From: Psammoneis japonica
Lineage: Eukaryota
Assembly (NCBI GenBank): GCA_008632985.1
Contig: QPGO01000029.1
Coordinates: 322,874 to 386,873, forward strand
Reading direction: 5' to 3'
DNA: 64,000 bases
Shown here: one piece after another, positions 23,272 to 34,700 of the stretch
Numbering within the stretch: position 1 is the stretch's first letter
Layout of the letters: each line of letters starts with the position of its first letter
Made by a program: the position numbers and the translations under genes
Notes under the pieces: generated by a model
The model's database searches: none
Told to the model about the DNA's origin: nothing
Seen by the model: only the letters and a program-made list of their open reading frames with translations

Positions 23272-23865
23272 TTATGTAGAGGAGTCCGATCCTGATTGAG
23301 AGCATTGTCGAGCTAGCTCTTCATGTTCCGAAATATCTCTTCCATAGGCAGCAGCATCCCACGGATAGCAGTTCCAGTGATCGGGTACGTCCGCGCCAGA
23401 AAAATACTCAACATTTGCTGGTAACACCCCGCGCTTTTCTTTCAGCTTGTTATGAACCACGACGACACCTACTTTCGCTGGTTGACTTTTCATGACTTCT
23501 TCCACACAGTATTGCAACGTTGTCCTCGTATCATCCACTTCATCCACAATCAGTACATTGCCTCCTTTCACTAGATTCCCTGGAAACGTATTGGAGTCAA
23601 ACCACTGCAAACATTTCACGCCGTTTTCACTCATGGAATTCGTAGCATCATCATAAAGTTCCAATCCGACAGCTAGAATGGGTCTTTTTATTACCGTTCG
23701 TAAAATTCGGGCAGGTATAAAGCCTCCCCCACCAATCGCGATCAACACAGTTGGGTCGAACTCTTTGAGACGCGGATACAGCGCAGTGACTGTCGCATGC
23801 ACGTCGGCGTAGCTGTAATAGACCTTTCCATCCGAACTGGGTGCTTTGACAACTTGTTGAGACAT
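23272..23865 (-). CDS. Purine (xanthine/hypoxanthine) phosphoribosyltransferase, XPT1/HPT1-like
   Basis: IAIGGGGFIPARILRT, VLIVDEVDDTRTTL PRPP-binding motif, WNCYPWD. Confidence 0.92.
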   Translation of the reverse strand: MSQQVVKAPSSDGKVYYSYADVHATVTALYPRLKEFDPTVLIAIGGGGFIPARILRTVIKRPILAVGLELYDDATNSMSENGVKCLQWFDSNTFPGNLVKGGNVLIVDEVDDTRTTLQYCVEEVMKSQPAKVGVVVVHNKLKEKRGVLPANVEYFSGADVPDHWNCYPWDAAAYGRDISEHEELARQCSQSGSDSST

Positions 23866-24285
23866 TTAAATGACAATGTGATAGAAGTGGGGGAAGGGGT
23901 TATAGATGGACTTGATATTCGCGGAAAGCAACAACAAGAAGCCAACAGCAACAGCCAACAGAGCACAAAAAATCGGAAATCGCCGTGGCTGGTCGGTGGG
24001 AGTTTTGTGCGCGAGAGCGAGAGCGATAACGTGCGCGCTGGTTCTCTGTCCGCATCGTTTTCCAGCTTGCATCAAGCTTGCATTGCTGAGTTACAAGTCT
24101 CCCCTTCCATCGATGCTAACTAATGCACACTGAAACGCACACACTGTAAAGAAGAGAAGTAAATCTTCCAGAGAAAGTAAAGAGCTAAGATATTTTCTTA
24201 CTATTTGCAGGTACTAAAAGGCAGTAAAACACATGCATTGCCATCCACTTTGGCAACATGCTAGTCTATAATATGTGACCTCTTT

Positions 24286-25260
24286 TTATGTTGTTTTTCC
24301 ATCATTGTTGGCGCGAAGGTAGACGCCCTCTTCTCCTGATGCGTCGCTACGAGATGAATGCCACAGTCTAATGGCAGCAAATGCAATCAAGGCCGAAATC
24401 AAAGCACTAGAGGCACATGCACCAGTGCGGACAAGCTTGATGGTACCCTCTTCAAAGGTTCCGACAATGAGAGCCTTTGGATTACCTAGCTCAGCCCAAA
24501 TTGCAGCCTGTCAATAGGAAATTCAACGGTTATAAGAAACAGGGCAACAAAAGGACCGGCTCGGTTCACGATCATAAGCAGGAGTGTACTATCTACTTAC
24601 CGTTGCCCAAACAAATACGCAAGGCAGTACAAACTCCGGCGAAGATGGCACAAACAATGAAATGCATGCCGCGATAAGAATCACCATAAGCGAGGCAATG
24701 GCCATATATACCTGAACGGTTGCTGATACACCAAGATACACAAGTACCACGTTGATGTTCACCAAGGACGCCGCGACAATCCATCCAGCGTGAATGGCAA
24801 AGGGGAACTTGAGCCACCAATACTCTTTCTTACTAACGTTGCCTTCAAGCTTGTTTTGATGAACCACAATCCCAAGCAAGAACCCCAGGATGGTCAACAT
24901 GGCAACCCCAGAAAAGATAATGTACTCGAACGAGAAACAGATTGTCCACAAACATTGTGCCGCGCAAACAAACACGTAATAACTTTTCACTCCCTCTTGT
25001 ACAAGTGCCGACGCACGCCATTGAGGCAACATTTGAACAATAGTAAAGATCAATTGGGATACAAAGATGACGGCCCAAATGCTAAAGGCCCACCCAGCGG
25101 GAGTTACCAAGGTCTGGTACTTTTCGGATAGCTCGGCGTTGTTGGCAGCGCCTCCAACACCAATGGCGCCGATTGCATAAGTGACAACGACATTGGCGAC
25201 ATAGGCAATGACGTTGAGGTAGTTGAGAGCGTTGAGCGCTGGTGCAGACGAATTACTCAT
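24286..25260 (-). CDS. Multi-pass membrane protein (tryptophan-rich sensory/TspO-like)
   Basis: LSEKYQTLVTPAGWAFSIWAVIF, PFAIHAGWIVAASLVN; predicted intron 24508-24600; second exon ends TAA at 24286. Confidence 0.8.
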
Positions 25261-25845
25261 GATGGACTTTGTTTTTTGTGTCGTGTCGATGCGAACGCAA
25301 ACGAGGAGTCGGGTTCAACAAGACTGTAGACTGTCACGTGTTGATTTTGATTTCTTTTCTTCGAAAAATGTGAGGGCAATAGATCTACTTTCATTACGTC
25401 AGTTGGCGCCAGAAAAGGTCCTGATCCCTGAAATGGGTTATGAGGGACTTATAAGGTTCGCTTAGCGTACAACTTCGTAGACCTACCATACATTTTCTAC
25501 GGTGTGCACGTTGGATTCTTCGAGTTGACAACCTTACGACGCTCCTTATTTTTTGTGACCACTCTGTTGTGATGGCGATATCACTCAGCTCCTGACATCC
25601 TACTCAATGCAGAGGCAAGGCCTTTGACCGTAACATCACATACTCGCTAGCATTCTGTTGGTGTGAAGCACCCCGTGCCTATTAGGGTGAACCCATTCGG
25701 TTTTCACCATGATTTTATGCAGATCCTTTAGCCGGACTTCGAAGGTACGTTTCACGTATTTTTTGGATACTCTCCAATATGATACTGTGATGCCTCCTTC
25801 TTCCACCTGGTGGACACTGATTATAACCTACGATATCGCCTTTAG

Positions 25846-27335
25846 GTGATTCCTTTGAGGTTGGCGACTTTAGTTCGATCATCGAACAGCCTCGTCGCTT
25901 CACACATGAAACGAAATTCATGGAGAAATGGTGCGGCTGTGCTTGGATCTCTAAGCGTTGGGCTCGGAGCCGTCACCGTTGCTGCTTGCGACTGGCGCCA
26001 GTCAAACGCAAGAGACCCAAAGACTGTTTATGGTAAGATGTGTGAAGATGCCGAGCGAGAAGAAGACGAGAACGGCAACAACATTGAGGCTCGAGATCCC
26101 ATGACGACATACGTCACGAGAAGGCTCAGCCGCGAGGTGGAGAAAGAAGAACCTGAACCACAAGCAGCCTCACCGCAGGCCACAAGTCCTTTGTTGGGTC
26201 CTGGTGATATCAGTGAAATCACAGGAGCAATGACCGCAGAAGAGGAAAATTTCGAAGCAAAAGCACGGCAGGCTAAGAAGCATTCCGGAGGGCTGAAGCT
26301 CTTTAGTGGAAATGGTAACATGGCGCTAGCCTTGGAGATTGCACAGCATCTCGGAATAAATATAGGAAAGGCTACGGTGGGACGCTTTGCGGATGGTGAA
26401 GTGAATGTGATGATTCACGAAAACGTCCGAGGCAAGGATGTGTTTGTTCTTCAACCTACTTGTCCACCAGTGAATGACAACATTATGGAGTTGCTACTCA
26501 TGATCTCCACTCTGAATCGAGCCAGTGCGAGGCGCATTACGGTTGTTATTCCCTACTATGGCTATGCAAGACAAGACCGGAAGATGCAGGTGCGTTCAAG
26601 AACATAATAGTATCTGTACCTTCGAGTTGCACCTGGTAACACATGCGGCTTTTCATTCTCTGCTGCCGATTACAGGCACGTGTCCCAATTTCTGCAGCGG
26701 ACATTGCTCGCCTGATGGAGGCGATGGGGATCGACCGCGTCGTTGCTATCGATCTTCATTGTGCTCAGATACAAGGTTTCTTTGGTCCTCGAGTTCCCGT
26801 GGATAACATTGACGGTGGGATTGTTGGGCTGGACTACTTTGGATCAAAAGACCTTCACAATCCTGTTATAGTCAGTCCTGATGCCGGTGGGGTGTATCGT
26901 GCAAAGAAGTTCAAGGAGGGCCTTGCTTACAAGTACGAAATGAACGACATTGGTCTTGCCATGATTATCAAACAACGTGCGAGGGCCGGCACAGTGGACA
27001 AGATGGATTTAGTTGGCGACGTGATGGATTGCGATTGCATTATTGTAGATGACATGATCGACACTGCGGGCACCTTGTGCAAGGCCGCGGATGTGCTGGT
27101 AGCTAAGGGTGCTCGACGCGTCTTCGCGTTCGCCAGTCACGGCCTTTTGAGTGGACCCGGAAACGACAGGATTGCACAGTCAAAGCTAGAAGAATGTGTC
27201 ATCCTCAACACGATTCCATCTTCACCGCAGAGGAAGGCAAACGAAAAGCTAACTGAGCTCAGTGTCGCCCCTCTACTGGCTCAGACAATCTTCAACATCC
27301 ACGCAAAGAAGAGCCTTTCTGCTTTGTTCAAGTAA
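25846..27335 (+). CDS. PRPS: Ribose-phosphate pyrophosphokinase (PRPP synthetase)
   Basis: [38 protein letters not shown]; intron 26590-26675; first ATG at 25906. Confidence 0.95.
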
Positions 27336-27539
27336 ACCACAAGGACGGGAACACTTTCACTTTGCATTGTATTGTCGGGCCTATATCAAATTCAATAAGA
27401 AACATATGAATACAGCATAATCAATTTAGTGAAACCTAAAATTAGCCTCTCGCTATGATTGGACAGCATTAGTTGATGCGCGAGCAAGTGGCGGAAAAAT
27501 TGGGCTAGCATCGCGGATGCTGCTCTGGTGTTTATGTTC

Positions 27540-29030
27540 AAACCTCTCGTCTTTCATCCAAGCGCATCATTGCCCAAAGAAATGATGGCACACACAGGTT
27601 GGACAGAAGCAAATGTGTCAAGAAGAGGGAGCTGGGTGAATGGCAAACATTGTTTGATGCAAGCTTTGTGGTGGAAGCATGCCAGTTAAAATGCACTGCA
27701 TGCAGCCATGGTCAATTTTGTTCCACCAACACTGCTCATTGACCAAACCAAGGATTTGGAGACTGAGCTCTCTTTCTCACTCACTGACATGGCACAGGTG
27801 CTGATTGCACCCATCTCGGGGGGGGGGGGGGCAGCAGAGTTGCATGAGTGAGGTGTTCAGTGATCTCCTCATTGTGACAAGCCAACCACCAATGTGTTCA
27901 CAGTGTTGAGCGAGGCTCAAGATGCTGAAGGGCTTGTTGAGGCAGCTGAGAAGCCACTGGTGACACCATGAGTTATGGGAGGCATGGTGCAGAGGAGCAC
28001 AAGGTGACAAAGATGAGTGGAGGATGCGGCTGCAAGCAAAAACTCACTCTTGAACTCATCAACATGTTGCAGCACAACATTGATGAAAGAAAGGAATGAG
28101 CTTGCTGCAGCTTGTGTGGCAATCACAGGCTTGCGTGCTGCTTCTGTGTCAGCCATCTGATGCAGAAGCAGATTGCGGAAGATGACACCCCCCATTTGCA
28201 CAGGGGGAGGCACAGACCACCATCTCTCATTGGTCTCCAATCTGTGCCAAACAACCAACGGGTCAGTTGCCCTCTGTTGCTCTTGACTCTCCTTTCCTCT
28301 GGTGACTGATGTGCTCTTGGACAAGTTCCACATCAAGAGCTGTCTTGCACTGTGTTGATGTGAAGTGGCTCCAGCAGCGTGCCCAACAATCAAGCAACAA
28401 CTGGGGCAAGACTGCGTGCAACTTTGATCCCCAACTGTGTGAGAACGTGTCACCCCAAATGAGTCAAATGTACAACAGCAGTCCACAATTGCAACACACA
28501 AATTATTCCAGGTGCTTTTTGTTGAGTGTCAAGTCAACCCATCATTGTGCATGATGTGAAACATGCAAAACAACCAACTGCAAGGATGAGAGATGAGACT
28601 GGAGATTGACTTTCCCAGCTGCTGCAAGGGTGCATCACCAAACAAGCCAAAAGCACAATGATGGTCAAGAATTGTTGTGTGCAAGTCATTTCAGGTGCTT
28701 TTGTTGGCTGTCAAGTTGATCTGCCGTGTGCAAACAATGTGAAGTGGTGCCAGCAGAGTTCGCAAATGACCAGAGCAAAGCACTGGCTCATGTCGCCCCC
28801 ACAGCACAATCCATGCTCCTGGCTCAGTCCACATCACTCACAAAGTTTCAACACAGTGAATGACAGAACGTCAACACCTTGCTTTTAGAACATGATGCAA
28901 AACAAATGGCTGTGAGAAAGACAAGGGCAGACAACACCCTCCAAAACATCAAAGCACGACGCTGCACCACAAGACGCACAACTGCAACTCGTCAACACAC
29001 TGACTGTTTTCACCACAACACCACATGTTG
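27540..29030. repeat. TpA/CpG-depleted repeat island 2 (unidentified decayed element)
   Basis: Almost no TA dinucleotides, Tyr-free fragmentary ORFs, internal diverged repeats (CAGGTGCTTTT..GTCAAGT at ~28510 and ~28692). Confidence 0.6.
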
Positions 29031-29253
29031 TACATGTCAGTCATAGGGTGGGGATTGTCAGTGGCATGGAGCCGATCGTCTTTGAAATGAGCATCGCAGA
29101 GATGAACGCCATTTTCACCTTGATGGTACAGAAGCTACGCAGCGCGATCGGGCAGCGATTGATTTTGGGCGGATGCGCCCAAGCAAAAGTCAAAGAAAAT
29201 GAATGAAAGCAAGCAAGAAGTAGGTACCGGTAGCCCTAACAGTTGTACTTGTA

Positions 29254-31407
29254 ATGATATCTTCTTCTTTGTCGTCGTGGCGTCTGAGTAGTGCAGCGGT
29301 TGTTCTTCTATTCGTCCTGTTGATCCAATCGGCAACAACATCTGACTATGCAAGCACAACAGGAACAACGACTGGTTCCACCACTTCTAGCACTAGAAGA
29401 AGGAGGCCACATATTGTGTTGATTGTTGCTGATGATTTTGGCTACAATGATGTTGGTTTTCATCAGAATGTTAAAACAAGAGCCAATCCACTGGGTTTAC
29501 CAACCACCAATGATGCAGCTGGGATAATGAGAACGCCAACACTTGACAAACTTGCATCAGAAGGTGTACATTTAGACAATTATTATGTACAACCACTATG
29601 TTCCCCAACACGGTCTGCTTTGATGACGGGACGTTATCCATCGCATACAGGGATGGGTCCAGATGTTGATCGCATTGATTGGCCAATAGGTGTACCATCG
29701 AAAGAAATCTTTTTTCCGCAATATCTACAAAAGTTGGGTTATAAGACGCATATGGTCGGGAAGTGGCATTTGGGGGCTTGTGATCAACGATATACGCCAA
29801 CTTATAGAGGATTCGATTCCTTTGCTGGATTTTTAGCTGGTGGACAAGGATATTACGATCAAAGGAATGATCGAAAATCGTCATCTCCAAACACCTTGGG
29901 GGAATGTTTATCAGGAGATGAATACAAATACAATTACAGCAGTATCTTTTTTGCTGACGAATGTACAAGGATTATCGAAGAACATGATGAGGACTGTGGA
30001 AAAGAAGAAGAACCGTCGCCTCTCTTTTTGTATCTGGCTTTCCAATCCGTACATAATCCATTCGATAAGCCACCGATTGACGTTGATGAATTGTTTCCTG
30101 AAATTGTAAATCCAACGCGACGGATATATGCAGGTATGGTCAAAATGATGGACGATGCCATCGCTCGAGTCGTCAAATCCTTGAAGGAACAAAAGCTGTG
30201 GGATGATACAGTGTTGATATTTACATCTGACAATGGTGGTATTGGGCCGGGAAGCAACTATCCGCTTAGGGGAACGAAAGTACGGCATTGGGAAGGTGGT
30301 ATCAAAGCAGTTGGGTTCATAAGAGGTACCAACAATCGCAGATTGAAACCGCTCCCTCCGGGAACGACCTGTAATGAGCTCTTTCATGTCACAGATTGGT
30401 TCTCAACGATTGTTGAAGGAATTGCTGTGGATGACATCAAGAACAAAGATCTAGAAAGTGTACAAAGTCAACAATTGCCTTTAGATGGCTACAACCAATG
30501 GACAGTCTTACATGGTGGCAGCTATATTCGTACGAATCGTACGACGATCTTCCACAACGTCCCGGTTGGCGCAAAACCAGTTCTAATTGGTAAGGATGAG
30601 ACAGGTCGTCCACTTTATTCCAATTCCATGTGCATGCACTACGTTGACAATCGAACTGGACCCTGCGCTACTTTTGGTCTAACGGGCGGAGCTATGAGGC
30701 ATCATCAATGGAAACTATTGATAACAGCAGGATCCAATGCACCATGGGGCGACAGTTCCAAATTGCAAGATCAAGTACCTCCTGGTGGAAGATATCCAAA
30801 CAAGACTAGAGTCTTCCAACCTTCATCGAATGATACAATGCCAAAAGCATTCCAGGGGACATACTACCTTTTTGATATAGACAACGATCCAACAGAAACA
30901 CACAACTTGGCTGAATCCAAGCCAGTAGTTTTGAAGTCAATGTTAAAACTTTACAACGATTATGCAGCCACGGCTGTTCCAGCTTGGACTTGGAGATGGG
31001 GATTCACAGATCCAAGTCACGCTGACAATCCTGGTACTCAGGGAATGATTCAGCGACATGTCCAAGAAGAAGACGTTCAAAAAGAGAATGAAACCGATCT
31101 TCCATTCCGAAACGAAGAGCTGCTACAATCTTGTATAGGTCCTTTCCTTGGTTCTCAATACTGTAGCTACGGGCACGAGTATGAATGCTATGTTATGGGT
31201 TCTTATTGGTCCGGACATGATTGCAAAAACTCTACCAAAAGTTCAGACACAAATAGTACTACCATTGAATGCCAAAAATTCTGTGCAGCTACACTGGACT
31301 GTCAGCATTGGGTGCTTCACAATGCGATTTGTCATCTCAAGTCCGGAAAAGGCGAACTACATCCGTGCAATAATTGCATGTTTGGTCCCAAGCATTGTCC
31401 AGAATAA
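29254..31407 (+). CDS. Secreted arylsulfatase (arylsulfatase B-like) with a Cys-rich PAN/apple-like C-terminus
   Basis: Signal peptide; PHIVLIVADDFGYND, CSPTRSALMTGRY (formylglycine motif), VGKWHLG, FTSDNGG. Confidence 0.93.
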   Translation: MISSSLSSWRLSSAAVVLLFVLLIQSATTSDYASTTGTTTGSTTSSTRRRRPHIVLIVADDFGYNDVGFHQNVKTRANPLGLPTTNDAAGIMRTPTLDKLASEGVHLDNYYVQPLCSPTRSALMTGRYPSHTGMGPDVDRIDWPIGVPSKEIFFPQYLQKLGYKTHMVGKWHLGACDQRYTPTYRGFDSFAGFLAGGQGYYDQRNDRKSSSPNTLGECLSGDEYKYNYSSIFFADECTRIIEEHDEDCGKEEEPSPLFLYLAFQSVHNPFDKPPIDVDELFPEIVNPTRRIYAGMVKMMDDAIARVVKSLKEQKLWDDTVLIFTSDNGGIGPGSNYPLRGTKVRHWEGGIKAVGFIRGTNNRRLKPLPPGTTCNELFHVTDWFSTIVEGIAVDDIKNKDLESVQSQQLPLDGYNQWTVLHGGSYIRTNRTTIFHNVPVGAKPVLIGKDETGRPLYSNSMCMHYVDNRTGPCATFGLTGGAMRHHQWKLLITAGSNAPWGDSSKLQDQVPPGGRYPNKTRVFQPSSNDTMPKAFQGTYYLFDIDNDPTETHNLAESKPVVLKSMLKLYNDYAATAVPAWTWRWGFTDPSHADNPGTQGMIQRHVQEEDVQKENETDLPFRNEELLQSCIGPFLGSQYCSYGHEYECYVMGSYWSGHDCKNSTKSSDTNSTTIECQKFCAATLDCQHWVLHNAICHLKSGKGELHPCNNCMFGPKHCPE

Positions 31408-31756
31408 GCTCTGTAACATCTTTCAATCATGGGGATTAGCCCTTCGGTGTAAACATGGTGCATGTCCTTCTAGAAGCTGTCATCCGGCATTTCCTAGCCA
31501 CAGAAGATGGCTCGCAGCATCTGAGCGATAGTCCTACAATCGTACCACGTCGCATTCGACAACGTCGTAGCGCAATGTCAAGTGGATTGAACATTTTGAA
31601 CCATTGTCCAAAACCCATAGACCAAACTCGCAGAAGAATCAATTGAAAGGGCCAAGGAACCGCTCTGGATTGGACAAGGATGATTGTTTGCATTCCCAGC
31701 AGGTGGATTGCAATTTGAAAGCTCAACCACCCTTGTTTTCAGTGTGGCATTGTGTG

Positions 31757-34700
31757 CACACATGTTGAAGTGATGCAAACAGCAAAAGGAGTGCCCCCTG
31801 CGTTGCCTCATTTTGCAGCTGCAAAAGCCACTCCTGAAGCACCTTTGCTGAGCTTTGTCTGACTCCTTAGGGTGTGGGGTGACAAACTGTCTCCAGATCA
31901 AGAACAGCTGCTCTTGAGCTTGTCCAGCATGCAGCAGCAGTTGTGCAAAATGGCAGCAAATGGAGAGAAGCAGTTGGTTGCATTTTGTGCATGCTGTTTT
32001 GTTCTCCACTTTTTTTCTGATGCTTGAGCCATTTGCAAGGACAAAACAATGCAAAGCAAACATCAACTTGCTGCAAAGCACAAAAGAGCAGCAGTGACTC
32101 CTGAGCTCCTGGCAAAGCTCTGGCTGACAGTGTGGCCAGTGCCTTTCTTGTGCTGCAGCCACTGCAGAAACCAAGTGACCCCGAGAGTTCACTGAGCTTG
32201 CATCTCTCCATTTGCAGGGAGCTGTGGAAAAACACAGAGAAAGCAAAGCTGGCTGAACATGGACATGATGTGCCTTGGCACCCTGCAAGTGAAATGTGCA
32301 GAGGTCACTCTGTGCTGTGACCATCCATCTGTTGAACGGTCTTGACAAGTTGTCCATGAATGCTTTCTAAAAATTGTGGGAAAAGCTGCGATTGACTGCA
32401 GCCACAGTGTTCAGGTTTCTGTCATAGAATTTCTTCAAGGTGTCAACAATCCCGGTCATTTGAATCTCCCAAATCTTGCTTCTAATGATGTGATTATGAT
32501 GCAGAAGTTTGCTTCACTCTTCCCTTCCACGATTCATGTGAATGCTTTGAATCGCAATCCACCCAATCATGCCGAAGTCAACATGGCAAAATGCACCAAA
32601 CATTGATCCTTTCAAACACATGAGGCACTCTTTGCATGGCGACATTCCCATTCACATGAATCTGTGTGATGGGAAAAGGACCAAAAGATCTTTCTTCCGA
32701 CTTGGTGGGATCATCTGTTTTGACCAAAACCTGTTGCCCGACACAACAGTCAAAAAAACAATTTTTTGAGATTTTGCCGATGCAAGTTGTCATCAATCAA
32801 CACTTGTTGACAATCCCAAATGGCAACCAGATCTGCAATGAGAGGCAAATCAAGAAACATGTCTCTCTGGCAGATGAGAGCTCCTGGTGAAATTCCCAAG
32901 ACTCTTGAGGCAGCACATCATAGACTGTGCATGGTTGTGGCCAATGCGTTGTCAACAATTTGCTGAGCTTCCATCACATTGTAAGGAGGATGTCCTCTGA
33001 CTGCAGAGTTTGAATGATGTTGCCAGCTGTCTGATGCATTCTTTTGCAAATGGCATTGGCTTGAGGATTTCTGGTGGTGGTTTCTGCATCCTTGATTCCA
33101 GCCCTTGCCAACAGAATCTGAAATGGTTCACCAACAAATTCACTGCCTTTGTCATGGATGCAACGGTTTGGTTTTGGACATCTTGCCAACCAACAATTAG
33201 CAAACTTCATCTGCACATGATCTGAAGTCTTGTTGTCAGTGCGAACCAATTCAACAAGGTTAGAAACACTGTCAATTGCAGTTGGCACATTGAACTCAAC
33301 TTTTTGTTCTTGCATTTGTGTTTTCCAAGGACCAATTGAATCAATGGCAACTTCATCCCAAGGAACCAAAGGGACTTCTCTTGGTGGCAAGCAACTGCAT
33401 CCCACTCCCCAGAGCTTGTTCCTTTGGCATGTGTTGCAATGACAATTCTTGACCAATCGGCACAATGATGGATGGTGACAATGCATGCAAATCGTGCAGC
33501 AGAGCTTCTGCATGCCACAGTGCCATAAAACTTGATGATGCCACCTGACAATGGGTGCCAACAAAGCTGTTGGCAAAGCAATTGCCAATCATTGTCTTGT
33601 GCGTTGACATCAGGTCTCCAACAAATCAATGGAACTCCACCGATGTGTCAAGTTGGAAAATGAAGCAGACTCCTTTGTCGCTCTTGACTCAGCTCACAAT
33701 CTTCAAACTGAAACAACCTTTGCATGTCAGGACAATTCATGGGGTGCTGCATCTCTTCTAGACTTGGACAATTCAAAAAGCAATCCACCAATTCTTGATC
33801 TTGAATGGTGCAGAGTGGGGTGCTCAATTCTGGACCCAAATTTTCTTCAAGCGATTTGTCTTCTGGAGCCATGGCAGTTGGGGAGGAACAGAAAAATCAA
33901 CAATGGTGCCTTTCGACTCCACATCAGAACTCTTCCCTTCCACGGTTGCTCTCCACATGAAGAAATTGTGAAAAGAAATCAGCTGGAAATCAGCTGGAAT
34001 GTTCTCCTTGCCCTTGATGCATGCAAACTTGGGTGCAAATTCTTCGAGAAAAAGGCGCCAACGAAGCACTCGTTGTGTGTTTAGCATCTTGAAAGTCAAA
34101 TTCTTATGATCCACAAACACTGCCATGTCAGCTTCCAAAGATCTGCAGCAAGCATTTCTTTTTCCATGGTGGAGCAGTTCTTCTGGGCTGCATTGAGTTT
34201 TCGGGACCAACACGAGATCAGCTTGCCATTCTGTGTGACAACAGCACCGAGCTGATGATCACTTGCATCTGTGTGAATCTGCCAAGGAAGGTTATGATCA
34301 GGGTGAGCAAGCGACACATCACCCACCACAATGGCCTTGATCTCCTCAAAGGCTTTCTGACAAGCTGGGGTTCATTCAAAATGTTGCTTTCTGGTCAAAT
34401 CCATTGGCGGCACCAAAGCATGAGATCGCTGAGGCCACATGTCACGACAGCAAGTGACGGCTCCAACAAAAGATCTGAGTTGTGTGTGGTTCTTGGGAGG
34501 AGCAAGTTTGAGCACTGCCTCTGCTTTCTTCTTCCAAGGCTTGACACCTTCCAGAGTCATCCAATGTCCCAAAAAATTGGTTTCTTGAACGGCCCATTTG
34601 CACTTGAGCAGATTCACTTTCAAGCCGTTTTGCTCTGGTCATTGCAATGTGGCACTCAACACAGCCAGATGCTCCAACCATGCCACCGAGAGGAGACCAA

